Of a stretch of 64,000 nucleotides of DNA, positions 1 through 9,274 are shown one piece after another; position 1 is the first letter of the stretch, and each line of letters starts with the position of its first letter. The DNA is taken from assembly GCA_049570475.1 (NCBI GenBank), contig CP186953.1, positions 640,001-704,000 of the forward strand, read 5' to 3'. A program made the translations under genes and the position numbers. Origin of the DNA: Candidatus Methanosuratincola verstraetei. GTDB taxonomy: Archaea > Thermoproteota > Methanomethylicia > Methanomethylicales > Methanomethylicaceae. The notes below the pieces were generated by a model. It was not told the origin of the DNA and ran no database searches. It was given only the letters and a program-made list of their open reading frames with translations.

Positions 1-98
1 ACTGCGGCGCCCGGGTTGAGCGCCATGATCTGCCTTAGCCTGTTTATCGAGAGGGGGTCCAGCCTGTGGAAAGTGTAGAAGATCAGGAATTTAGCCAT
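1..98 (-). CDS. 5' end of a hypothetical protein running off the window (MAKFLIFYTFHRLDPLSINRLRQIMALNPGAA...)
   Basis: Open frame from ATG at 98 to the window edge, with an AT-rich promoter-like stretch at ~128-142. No recognisable motif. Confidence 0.3.
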   Translation of the reverse strand, partial: MAKFLIFYTFHRLDPLSINRLRQIMALNPGAA

Positions 99-467
99 CG
101 CTTGTCGATAAAGTCTGGTCCGAGGCAGCATAAATAATAAGCACCTGGAGAGGAGGCTTCTGAAACCGGGATGCATGACCACGGGATCCTGGAGAGTCGG
201 CTCGGGATCCAAGAGATGCATTGGGACAAGATCACGTTGCTAAGCGCTTAGCCCTGACGATCCCCGAGAGGATTGGAAAGCATCCAAGCAAGCAAGCCAT
301 CTATCCATCCATGCCATAAACAGCAAAATTAGGCGCCCGGAAAGGGGGACAGGATGAAGAATTCACCATTTTTTCGGAGCCCCGCCAGAAAGGGCTGCTT
401 TGCCCCTGGTTGACCCTGAGGAGGGTTTTTCGAGAGCCTCCCCCCACGAGCAGGGTTCAAGATATGC

Positions 468-515
468 GTCCAATTTTATAAGAAATAAGTTTATATATTG
501 TCCAATTTTTTTGGA
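468..515 (+). promoter_or_regulatory. TATA box with repeated/palindromic operator for the downstream wHTH gene
   Basis: TTTATATA at 490-497. GTCCAATTTT direct repeat at 468-477 and 500-509. Palindrome TCCAA-N5-TTGGA at 501-515, just before ATG 521. Confidence 0.5.
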
Positions 516-520
516 TAAAT

Positions 521-1100
521 ATGAAAGGAGAGCCCGTCTTCAGGGAGATCCTGAAGAAAGTCTTGGAGGAGAAGGCAAGCCATTTTAATGTGAGATCGCT
601 CTCCGAAGCGACGGGAATACCCCCCAGCACCGTCAGCCACAGCCTGAGGGCGCTAAAGGAGATGGGGGCGATAGAGGTCAGCCGAAATGGGATCACTGTA
701 AAGAACCCCAGGAAGATCCTTCTCTTCTGGTGCAGCATCAGGCGACTAGAACCGTTGGTGGTGTACCGGAAAAGCCTTCAGATGCCAGTCCAAGAGATAG
801 AAGGCATGGCACCTCCCGAAGCTATCTTCACTGCATTCACCGCATTCAAGCACCGCTTCGGATATGCTCCAGCCGACTATAGCGAGGTCTATGTATACGG
901 CGACGCAGAGCGCTTCGAATCAAGGTTAGGCCGTCATCTACGCCTAAAGAAAGGTGCAACTTGATCGTTGTGGAGGCGGATGCTGAACTGAAAATGCTGG
1001 GAGGGGCAACCCTGGCGCAGATATATGTTGATCTCTTGAACATAGCGACTTGGTACGCCCGAGACTTCATCAACGAGCCGGACAGGATGATCTTAGATGG
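521..1100 (+). pseudogene. Winged-HTH AbiEi-like antitoxin/regulator, frameshifted near 960
   Basis: N-terminal HTH (VRSLSEATGIPPSTVSHSLRALKEMGAI) and APADYSEVYVY motif. The expected C-terminus (LAQIYVDLLNIATWYARDFINE) lies in a different frame (ORF 961-1245). Confidence 0.55.
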
Positions 1101-1730
1101 CGTTCTGCCACCCGAACGTAACAGAGGAGAGATGGAGGTGCTTCTGGAACTGAAAGGGAAGCATTCGTCCATACTGATTGGCGGGTGGGCGGTCTGGCTC
1201 TGCACGAAAGCGCTAAAGTCAAGTCAAAGGATGTCGACACGATAGTCGACTCAGGAGCCCGCCAGGCTCAGGAAAGAGCACCCGATCGCAAAGAGCCCCG
1301 CTTGAAGAGGCACGAGCTGGAGCAAGGATCGACGGATGCTGAATATACGCGCTCCACTGTTCGGACTCCGGGATCCCGGCGAATCAGATAAGCACGAATG
1401 CCCGCAGCATCGGGGGATTCAGAGCGCTATCCCCAGAGCGCCCCCTTGCGCTGAAGCTGAGGGCAGCAATGGACCGCGAGATGTCTGCCAAGGGGGAGAA
1501 GGACGGGATTGACATAATGGCATTGCCAGCGCCGGGGGGGAGTAAGCCTCAGGGGATTCGTTTCCTTATGCAAATGCCACGCCCTTGACAGCTACATGGA
1601 CTGCCTAGAGAGGATTGCACTTAGGGGTGAGACGGAGCATGCCTCAATCGGCCTGACCGACCTCCGGAAGGTCAAGAGCTTTGAAGAGCGGTTTGAGAAG
1701 GGGCTTGAGGACGCAAAGGCTCGCCACTGA
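1098..1730 (+). pseudogene. AbiEii-like nucleotidyltransferase, multiply frameshifted
   Basis: Fragments in different frames: ILIGGWAV, SKDVDTIVD (DxD) and LKLRAAMDREMSAKGEKDGIDIMAL (KD motif). An AAGTC duplication at ~1216-1225 breaks the frame. Confidence 0.55.
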
Positions 1731-1968
1731 CGCCGACCAACCCCTCAAGGACGGCTTCGTTCCAGGTCAAAAATGACCCGTTCCGTTCGGGCGCTGAAAG
1801 TGAAAGCCAGGCTCCGCAAGGCAGAGGAGCGTTTTAGGGCGATCGGCGCATATTGCATCCAGATGCCCTGACCGATTGCCGCCGTCTGCAACCAAGCAAG
1901 CCTGAGCTACGGGCGGCTCCCTAGCGGGGCTGAACAGGGGTTTGGGGGCTGCCGGGGGGAGATCAGGA

Positions 1969-2553
1969 TCAAGAGCCCCTGAGGATGGAGAGGACCTGCG
2001 CCGCGATCAAGCCCGGGATCGAGCCGCGGTTCACGGCATCCAGCAGGAAGATCGAAGAGTCTACCCTCGCCTTTATTGATTCGATGAGCGGGTCGCGGGA
2101 CCTGAAGTGGACCGTGGCCACGACGGGCTTGCCGCACTCGGCAGCCCTACCCACGGCTTCCCTGAACCTCCCGGAGAGGAGCTCCATGGGACCGATCTCG
2201 TCGATCGCGATCACGTCGGAGGCGGCTACCGCATCCAGTATCCCGGAGGCACCTATGCCCTCCAGCGAGGCGATGTCCACGAGGTACCTCCCTACCCGCG
2301 GGCCGGGCCCCTGGCATGCGCGGGCGAGCCAGCCCCGGTTGCCCGAGGAGAGGTCGAGGACCTCGAACCCCACCCTCGCACCGCCGGCGCCCCCGCGGAC
2401 CTCCCTCGTGATCATCCCGCCCACAGAGACCCCTTCCCGCCGGAGGAGCTCGGCTACCCACACCACAGCCGTCGTCTTCCCTATCCCAGGGGGGCCTGTC
2501 AGCAGGAAGATGCGCTTCCCCGAGGGCGGAGCTTCGAGCAAATTAATCCCCAT
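1969..2553 (-). CDS. NTPase (THEP1/NTPase_1 family nucleoside-triphosphatase)
   Basis: LTGPPGIGKTT Walker A, GGMITREVR, RVGFEV, GPRVGRY and IAIDEIGPMELLS. Start trimmed to Met35 of ORF 1969-2655. Confidence 0.9.
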   Translation of the reverse strand: MGINLLEAPPSGKRIFLLTGPPGIGKTTAVVWVAELLRREGVSVGGMITREVRGGAGGARVGFEVLDLSSGNRGWLARACQGPGPRVGRYLVDIASLEGIGASGILDAVAASDVIAIDEIGPMELLSGRFREAVGRAAECGKPVVATVHFRSRDPLIESIKARVDSSIFLLDAVNRGSIPGLIAAQVLSILRGS

Positions 2554-3127
2554 GAGGATACTGATCCGCAAGGCTTTCTTAAAGGAAGCGCCAGATCCGG
2601 ATTGGGAAGGGGAGGATGCGCCGAATGAAGAACGACGGCGCTGCATCTCAAGCAATCTCGGCGGATTGGCAGACCGGGCTTATGGGCTGCGCGCGGTTCC
2701 CGACGGATACCCTGAACCTCATGTACGGGCACTGCACGGGTTCCACAATCGCCACGGGCATGCTTGGGGCGGCGGGCATGATAAATACGGTCGGTTTATC
2801 CGCAAACGACACGCCGGGCGCGCACCATGGCCCTGGCTAGCCTTGACGACGCAGGAGACTGCAGCCCAGCCTGCTGCGCATCACTGCGGTAGAGCCTGAC
2901 GGACAAGAAATGAGCAGTAATCGAGCCGCAGCGCGATCCGTTCTTCTAGGAACGGCAGGGATATAGGCTGAAGCATGGCAGCTGCCTCAGGGGCGGAGCG
3001 CAGGGCGGACTGGAGTCGCCCCGATTTGTTTGTGTTTTTGCCTCATCATTGCGCTGCGGAAATGAAGGTAGTTTTGATTCCATGCTTCCGGAGCCTGATT
3101 TAATGCTATTGGAACCTGAATTTGATG

Positions 3128-3180
3128 CTATTGCATATATAAATGCAATAGTAATATAGCACTACTGTATTTATAAATAC
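3128..3180 (+). promoter_or_regulatory. Palindromic operator and TATA box upstream of the COG1373 ATPase
   Basis: Perfect inverted repeat CTATTGCAT-N6-ATGCAATAG (3128-3151). TTTATAAA inside palindrome GTATTTATAAATAC (3167-3180). GGTGA Shine-Dalgarno before TTG 3200. Confidence 0.5.
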
Positions 3181-3199
3181 CATAGCAGATGGTGAGAGC

Positions 3200-4729
3200 T
3201 TGAGGGTATCGATCGCTGACCTCTATGAGTTCAACCCGTGGTGGCAGGATCCAGAGAGGATTGAGGAGGACCCGCAGGTCACGGAATGGAGGGGGGCGGC
3301 CTTCAGGTGGGTGCCGCGCCTCTGCAGGACTTTTGAAGACGCAGATGTCATTTACACGATGAGGGGGCCAAGGCGCGTGGGAAAGACCACCCTGCTGAAG
3401 CTGAAGATCATGGAACTCCTGAGGAAGGGGGCGAACCCGAAAAACATCTTCTACTTCTCCTGCGACCTGCTTAGCGGCCCCAGGCAGCTGGCGGAGACGC
3501 TGGATCTTTACCTTGACCAGGTGAGGGGGGAGTACCCGAGCGCAGGGGGAACCGAGAGGGCGCACATCTTCGTAGACGAGGTTTCAAGCGTGAAGGATTG
3601 GCAGAAGGGGCTGAAGGCCACAATAGATGCGGGCAAGCTCAGGGGATGCACGGTCATCCTGACCGGCTCGCACAGCATGGACATCAGGAAGGCATCCGAA
3701 ACGCTGGCGGGGAGGAGGGGGGACGCAGCCAGCCTCCGCTACGGGAGCCCGGACAAGGTCTTCCTCCCAATGAAGTTCTCGGAGTACGCCGAAACCCGGT
3801 CAGCGGAGATCCGCGGTGCGATCAGGGAGGCCAGGGCGCTCTCCCCGGAGGGCAGGAAGGCAGCCCTGCTCCAGGTGCTGGACGGCAAGTTGCCGGAGCT
3901 CTTCAGGGGCGTCATGGGGCAGTCGCGCAGGCTCGAGGAGATGCTTGACGACTACCTGATAACTGGCGGAATGCCCCGGCCAATCAATGAGTATGCCTCC
4001 AGGCACACCATATCGGACAGCACCTACTCCGATTTTGTGGATCTGATGATGAAGGACATTTCTCGGTGGGGAGGGGAGGAGGCGTTGGCAAGGCAGGTCC
4101 TCCGGCGGGTGTCTGAGACGATGGCGACGCAGGTGAGCCCGAACGCGCTCAAGGACGGGACGGAGATAGCGGATTACAGGACGGTGGAGAAGTACCTGGG
4201 CGCGTTGAAGGGCAGCTTTGTGCTGGGGACAGCCTACAGGCTCGACGCCACAAGGGGGCAGCCGTTCTACAGGAAGGAGAGGAAGATTTACTTTGCCGAC
4301 CCGTTCATCTTCCACGCCTGCAGGGGATGGCTCTCCGGAAGGGGCGCATTTGATGCGAGCAGGATTTTCTTGGAGACGCCCGGAATGAAGGGGAGGCTGC
4401 TGGAGGGCGTAGTCTTCAGCCACATGGCGCGGCTGGCTTACGGGCTTGCCCCAAGCCCCCTCTTCGACGCGTCAAGCGCGGTCTTTTACTGGAAGAGCCG
4501 GAAGGGGAGGGAGCTGGACTTCGCTTTCAGCCTTGATGGGAAGTACGTCCCGGTGGAGGTGAAGTACTCCTCGCGGATAAGGAGGGAGGACTGCTACAGC
4601 ATATACGACTTCATGAAGACGGGCACCGCGGCGCGGAGGGGCATTATCGTGACGAAGGACGTGCTGGATGTGGAGGGTGCGGGGTCGTGCGCGAAGGTGC
4701 CATGCTACCTCTTCCTGCTCCTGGCATGA
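3200..4729 (+). CDS. ATP-binding protein, AAA_14 + DUF4143 (COG1373) with C-terminal PD-(D/E)xK-like domain
   Basis: GPRRVGKTT, IFVDEV, ILTGS, LAGR, YLITGGMP, KIYFADP and ELDF...PVEVKY. Confidence 0.9.
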   Translation: MRVSIADLYEFNPWWQDPERIEEDPQVTEWRGAAFRWVPRLCRTFEDADVIYTMRGPRRVGKTTLLKLKIMELLRKGANPKNIFYFSCDLLSGPRQLAETLDLYLDQVRGEYPSAGGTERAHIFVDEVSSVKDWQKGLKATIDAGKLRGCTVILTGSHSMDIRKASETLAGRRGDAASLRYGSPDKVFLPMKFSEYAETRSAEIRGAIREARALSPEGRKAALLQVLDGKLPELFRGVMGQSRRLEEMLDDYLITGGMPRPINEYASRHTISDSTYSDFVDLMMKDISRWGGEEALARQVLRRVSETMATQVSPNALKDGTEIADYRTVEKYLGALKGSFVLGTAYRLDATRGQPFYRKERKIYFADPFIFHACRGWLSGRGAFDASRIFLETPGMKGRLLEGVVFSHMARLAYGLAPSPLFDASSAVFYWKSRKGRELDFAFSLDGKYVPVEVKYSSRIRREDCYSIYDFMKTGTAARRGIIVTKDVLDVEGAGSCAKVPCYLFLLLA

Positions 4730-4854
4730 ACCATGGCAGCGCTACGCTGAGGGCAACTAAGGCTACAATCTACAAAAGGCTGAAAGATGCCAGGTGAATT
4801 GGAAAAAACCTTGGAAGGGATGATGATTGGTTACAACGCGATCCCTAATAACAG

Positions 4855-5010
4855 TCAAAAGTGCCCCTTCTCTTCCAAGTAACGCCTCAGCGCGTCCTTC
4901 CATTGGGGCATCTCTATACCGTATTTCTTCAATAAAACAAGTGCTGTCCAGCGCATAATATGCCGGGCGCTTCCTTTGATTGATAATCCGAAGATCTCGT
5001 GGGCTTGGGC
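4855..5010 (-). pseudogene. rmlD: C-terminal remnant of dTDP-4-dehydrorhamnose reductase
   Basis: Pieces across three frames reconstruct the RmlD C-terminus: KPTRSSDYQSK / KRPAYYALDS / LKKYGIEMPQWKDALRRYLEEKGHF*. Confidence 0.6.
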
Positions 5011-5069
5011 TGGTGCAACCTTGAGGAGTTGAAGCCTTTTGGGTTTGATGCAAAAAGATAATAATAATG

Positions 5070-5089
5070 CCACATAATATACCATGTGG
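5070..5089 (+). promoter_or_regulatory. Inverted-repeat operator of the AbrB-PIN operon
   Basis: CCACAT-N8-ATGTGG directly upstream of the GGTGA Shine-Dalgarno and ATG 5097. Confidence 0.45.
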
Positions 5090-5096
5090 TGAAAAT

Positions 5097-5372
5097 ATGG
5101 AAGAAACGGTGAATGTTGATAAGCAGGGAAGAGTAGTCCTTCCGTCTCGGATGAGGGAGGCCCTTGGCATAAAAAGCGGTGGGGAGGCTACGATAAGGCT
5201 CACGGGGAACCAGATCATAATAGAGGCGACCTCGGTTGAGACGAAAGCGAGAGTGGCGGAATGGGGGAGGATGGCGAGGAGCCTCAAGGCGGAGGCAATC
5301 TCTGAGGGCGGGGAAGAAAGCCACAAGTGGGTGAGCCGCGAATATGCCAGGAAAAAGCTCGGCCTTTCCTGA
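5097..5372 (+). CDS. AbrB/MazE/SpoVT-family antitoxin
   Basis: VDKQGRVVLPSRMREALGIKSG signature. Overlaps the downstream PIN gene. Confidence 0.9.
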   Translation: MEETVNVDKQGRVVLPSRMREALGIKSGGEATIRLTGNQIIIEATSVETKARVAEWGRMARSLKAEAISEGGEESHKWVSREYARKKLGLS

Positions 5373-5829
5373 AGGAGTGGTCGATGTGAGCATAATTGTG
5401 CCCACATGCTTTGAAAATCCTCTAAAGGAAGAGAGCATAAAGTTCACGGAAGACGTGCTTGCTCAGAAGAAACGTGCTGTGTTGCCAGTAACGGCGCTTA
5501 TGGGTGCTTACCACATAGCTACGAGATACCTGAAAATCCCGCGCGTGGCGGTGAAGAAGGTTCTGGAGGGGATTGCAGAATCCGGCTCTGCTGCCCTTTA
5601 CCCGCAGGTAACGCCTGAAAATGCCGTGGATGGCTTGGATTATGCCTGCGCCTATGGCATCGAGTCATGGGATGGGTACCTGATTGCCATTGCGAAGGGC
5701 TCTGGGACCTCAATAATATATTCGCTTGACATGGAGCTGGCAAAGGCAGGGGAGGTGACCGTGGTTGTTCCGTTCTCCCCTGAGGCAGTAAGCAAGTACC
5801 ATGATTTTCTTAGGGCCAAGGGCTTCTGA
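5344..5829 (+). CDS. PIN-domain (VapC-like) toxin
   Basis: VVDVSII, YGIESWDGYLIAIA and IYSLDMEL acidic PIN motifs. Paired with the AbrB gene. Confidence 0.8.
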   Translation: MPGKSSAFPEGVVDVSIIVPTCFENPLKEESIKFTEDVLAQKKRAVLPVTALMGAYHIATRYLKIPRVAVKKVLEGIAESGSAALYPQVTPENAVDGLDYACAYGIESWDGYLIAIAKGSGTSIIYSLDMELAKAGEVTVVVPFSPEAVSKYHDFLRAKGF

Positions 5830-6543
5830 ACGTGGACAGTACGTGAGTAGCCCAAGCGCGCGACATGGCAGCATCAGATGAGCTGAAATGCAGCGGGCTT
5901 TCGAGAGGAATACTATGCGAGAGAAAGAGGCTGCAAATGCCCTTTCTCCTCGAGGTAGCGGCGGAGGGCGTCCCTCCAGTGAGGCATCTCTATGCCCCAT
6001 CTCCCCAGCTTGTTGCTCGATAGAGCCGAGTAAGCGGGGCGCCTTGCCAGCGGCGAGCGTCAGGACCGTGTCGATGAAGGCATGGTCGTTGCGGTACCGC
6101 TCGACCAGCCCGTCGGCGGAGAGTGACAAAAGGTCCTTGAAGAACTCCGGGTTGCGCTTCGCGTGCTCCATCAGCGTCGACATGTCCCAGAGATCGATCG
6201 GCTTGCCATGCGCGTTCCTCTTTACTGGATCCTCATAGGCGTTCCACGTGACGTGGACGCCCTTCTAGCCGCTGCCGGCGGCCTCCAGGGCGGAGCAGAA
6301 GTAGTGGATTTCCTTCTGCGAGATCGGGTAAAGGGAGTAGTTCTTGCACTCGACCAGCACCCTGTCGCCGGGCTTCTCGGCGATGATGTCGATCTGCAAC
6401 TTGTCGAAGTCCTTTGTCTGGACGAAGTTGTCGCCGGTCTTCATCTTCGTGGCGTACCCCATCGACCTGAAGAGAAGCTCGACGAGCTCCTCGAAGCGCT
6501 CGCCCTTCAGGCGGTTCCTCTCCCTCCGGTCCAGGCGTTTCAT
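5830..6543 (-). pseudogene. Mrr-like restriction endonuclease interrupted by an in-frame TAG (6265-6267)
   Basis: GERFEELVELLFRSMGY...IDIIAEK...LVECKNY. After the TAG the same frame continues KGVHVT...IDLWDMSTLME into ORF 5710-6183. The 3' boundary is uncertain. Confidence 0.65.
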
Positions 6544-7060
6544 TCGCGGGCACCTGATTGCAGAAGGTTTTGTGGACCGGGCTTTATAACCGATGCCTCT
6601 AAAGTAAATTCGATCCTACAAATGTGATTTGATCCGTCAATGCCCCTGATTTCGTTCCGAGTGGGAATGTGCGTTTCGAGATAGTTGCCAAGTTCTCAAC
6701 ACCGCATCCACGAACTGCAGATGATTTCATACATTGGCACCTTATCCTTCGTTTTGATTGATTTTCCTGGCTGTTCTTTCGATCCCGAAAAATAGTTCGC
6801 TAGACGAAGGGGGCGCATCTAATACCCAAGTAAAGCCAATGCCTAAACTGAGTGGTTCATCCAAGCTTTACATAAAAAGGAATTCCAGATTCAAAGGAGG
6901 GGGAACGATTTCTTAGTCTTTGCGGCTGAAAACTTTTCTCCAAGGAAGATGTTATGTCACATTAAATGTCAAATCACACCAAAACTAGGCATTCTATATT
7001 GATGTAATTCGGATTTTTAACTTAAAGGAAAATAGACTAGTGGAACGGAAGTGGCTAAAT

Positions 7061-8158
7061 TCAACCGCAGGAAAGATACAATTCAAGAAGCTTTTTTGCG
7101 ACCACATCACTTCTGTATTTTTCGGCAGTTCTTTTAGCATTTGCAGCCAATTTTTCGCGAAGACTCTTGTCTGTCAAAGCGATAATTTTCTCCGCTATTT
7201 CTCGATGGTTGAACGGATTCACTAGAAGACCGTTAATGTTATCTTCGATGACGTAGGGCAAGCCTCCGACCCGCGAGGCGAGAACGGGAGTGCCGGATGC
7301 CAGGGATTCAAGAGCCGCCATTGGGAGCGTCTCCTGGAATGAAGTTAAGGCCACGAAGGAAGCTCTGGAGTAAAGGCGCACCATTTCTTTATAGGGGACT
7401 TTACCGAGGAACGCTGCATTCAAGCCATGCTTTTCCGCGAAATGCCTGAGCGTTGCATAATAACCGGAATCCCCGGAGCCAGCAAAAACTAACTTGTACC
7501 CTTTAAGCTCATTCTTAACTGAAGCGAAAGCCTTAAGGAAGCCAAGTTGGTTCTTTATTGCTTTTAGGGCTGCAGGGTATAGGATCATATCGTCTTGTTC
7601 TTTCTCTATTTCGAAGAACTCGTCCGAAACAGGATTTTCTATCACTACCGCCTTTTTGATATCAAATCCCATCGCTTCGAGCTCTTCAATAACATATGGA
7701 GAAATTGCTACAAACCTTGTAATCTTTGGGTAATAAAACCTCAGTCGCAACTCCCCAAGCTTTAGGTATAGTTTTGAGTACAGTTTGCTTTTGAAAAAGA
7801 TCTCTTTCCAAAAGATTCCATGAAGGGTAAAAATGGTTGGCGTATTAGAAAAGACGTATGGAAAAAGGTCGTAAATCCCGTGAGCGTGTACTATATCGAA
7901 CGTCTCTTTAGGTTTGTTAACCACTGCTTGGAGTTCCCCTGTAAAGGTAATTGGAGGGTAAGTTCTATAGCTGATTACTCGGATATATTTTGAAAATTTT
8001 TTATTAATATTGTCATTAAGTGATAGAAAAGTTATTTTAACACCATATTTCTCAAGTTCTTTCTGGATTTTTAAAAATCCCTTCAAAGTATTGCTAAGGA
8101 CTGTTGAAGGACCAAGATAAGGGTTAGAAATTTTTGACCCTATTATAAGAATCGTCAT
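7061..8158 (-). CDS. Glycosyltransferase family 4
   Basis: DIVHAH, TLHG, KNQ and ETLPMAALESLASGTPVLAS (ExxxxxxxE). Confidence 0.92.
   Translation of the reverse strand: MTILIIGSKISNPYLGPSTVLSNTLKGFLKIQKELEKYGVKITFLSLNDNINKKFSKYIRVISYRTYPPITFTGELQAVVNKPKETFDIVHAHGIYDLFPYVFSNTPTIFTLHGIFWKEIFFKSKLYSKLYLKLGELRLRFYYPKITRFVAISPYVIEELEAMGFDIKKAVVIENPVSDEFFEIEKEQDDMILYPAALKAIKNQLGFLKAFASVKNELKGYKLVFAGSGDSGYYATLRHFAEKHGLNAAFLGKVPYKEMVRLYSRASFVALTSFQETLPMAALESLASGTPVLASRVGGLPYVIEDNINGLLVNPFNHREIAEKIIALTDKSLREKLAANAKRTAEKYRSDVVAKKLLELYLSCG
7074..7713. repeat. 640-bp direct repeat, copy 1 (3' half of the GT4 gene)
   Basis: Matches 8183-8822 at offset 1109. The translated segment VAISPY...LLELYL is identical and no nucleotide difference was seen on inspection. 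Confidence 0.92.
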
Positions 8159-8160
8159 AT

Positions 8161-9273
8161 TTAATACATATTTACTCTAGTTAGATACAATTCAAGAAGC
8201 TTTTTTGCGACCACATCACTTCTGTATTTTTCGGCAGTTCTTTTAGCATTTGCAGCCAATTTTTCGCGAAGACTCTTGTCTGTCAAAGCGATAATTTTCT
8301 CCGCTATTTCTCGATGGTTGAACGGATTCACTAGAAGACCGTTAATGTTATCTTCGATGACGTAGGGCAAGCCTCCGACCCGCGAGGCGAGAACGGGAGT
8401 GCCGGATGCCAGGGATTCAAGAGCCGCCATTGGGAGCGTCTCCTGGAATGAAGTTAAGGCCACGAAGGAAGCTCTGGAGTAAAGGCGCACCATTTCTTTA
8501 TAGGGGACTTTACCGAGGAACGCTGCATTCAAGCCATGCTTTTCCGCGAAATGCCTGAGCGTTGCATAATAACCGGAATCCCCGGAGCCAGCAAAAACTA
8601 ACTTGTACCCTTTAAGCTCATTCTTAACTGAAGCGAAAGCCTTAAGGAAGCCAAGTTGGTTCTTTATTGCTTTTAGGGCTGCAGGGTATAGGATCATATC
8701 GTCTTGTTCTTTCTCTATTTCGAAGAACTCGTCCGAAACAGGATTTTCTATCACTACCGCCTTTTTGATATCAAATCCCATCGCTTCGAGCTCTTCAATA
8801 ACATATGGAGAAATTGCTACAAGTGCAGCAATATGACTAGAGTAAAAAGTAAGTCTTAGAGTGTTTACTAAATTTGAATATTCGGATAAAAATTTATTAT
8901 TAATATATTTCTTTTCTTCCCAAAAAATTCCATGAAGTGTAAAAAATGTTGGAAACTTAATTATCCAAGGAAAAATCTCATACAATATATGCGAGTGAAC
9001 GGCATTAAATTTTTCTTTTGGAGAAAACAATAAAGACTGAATTTCATATGTGACAGTAACAAAAGGATAGCGATATCTCTTAACGCCCACTATTTTAATA
9101 TTTTCACTAAGCAGTTTGTCAACATTTTCATTTATTGACATAAAAGTTAGCTTTATACCATATTTTTCAAGTTTTTTATCTATTTTATAAAAACCTTTTA
9201 ATGTGTTGTTTAAAACTGCTGAAGGACCCAAGTAAGGCTTAGAAATGTTATTACCAATAATAAGAATCTTCAT
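8161..9273 (-). CDS. Glycosyltransferase family 4 (tandem paralog)
   Basis: Same GT4 motifs as 7061-8158. The N-terminal domain is divergent. Confidence 0.92.
   Translation of the reverse strand: MKILIIGNNISKPYLGPSAVLNNTLKGFYKIDKKLEKYGIKLTFMSINENVDKLLSENIKIVGVKRYRYPFVTVTYEIQSLLFSPKEKFNAVHSHILYEIFPWIIKFPTFFTLHGIFWEEKKYINNKFLSEYSNLVNTLRLTFYSSHIAALVAISPYVIEELEAMGFDIKKAVVIENPVSDEFFEIEKEQDDMILYPAALKAIKNQLGFLKAFASVKNELKGYKLVFAGSGDSGYYATLRHFAEKHGLNAAFLGKVPYKEMVRLYSRASFVALTSFQETLPMAALESLASGTPVLASRVGGLPYVIEDNINGLLVNPFNHREIAEKIIALTDKSLREKLAANAKRTAEKYRSDVVAKKLLELYLTRVNMY
8183..8822. repeat. 640-bp direct repeat, copy 2
   Basis: Matches 7074-7713. Confidence 0.92.
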
Positions 9274-9274
9274 A

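Noticed and set aside
2616-2840. 74-aa ORF between the NTPase and the COG1373 ATPase
   Set aside because: No recognisable motif or clear translation signals. It could be a remnant but cannot be supported.
1985-2899. 304-aa plus-strand ORF, and many similar long ORFs such as 53416-54663, 28884-29813 and 36798-37778
   Set aside because: Antisense or alternate-frame shadows of well-supported genes in GC-rich DNA, with low-complexity Ser/Pro/Arg translations and no motifs.
6600-7060. Possible gene remnant or ncRNA between the nuclease and the GT4 genes
   Set aside because: No convincing ORF, motif or stable structure could be identified by eye.
7074-8822. The 640-bp repeat as an insertion sequence
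   Set aside because: It encodes the GT4 C-terminal domain in frame, with no transposase, terminal inverted repeats or target duplication.
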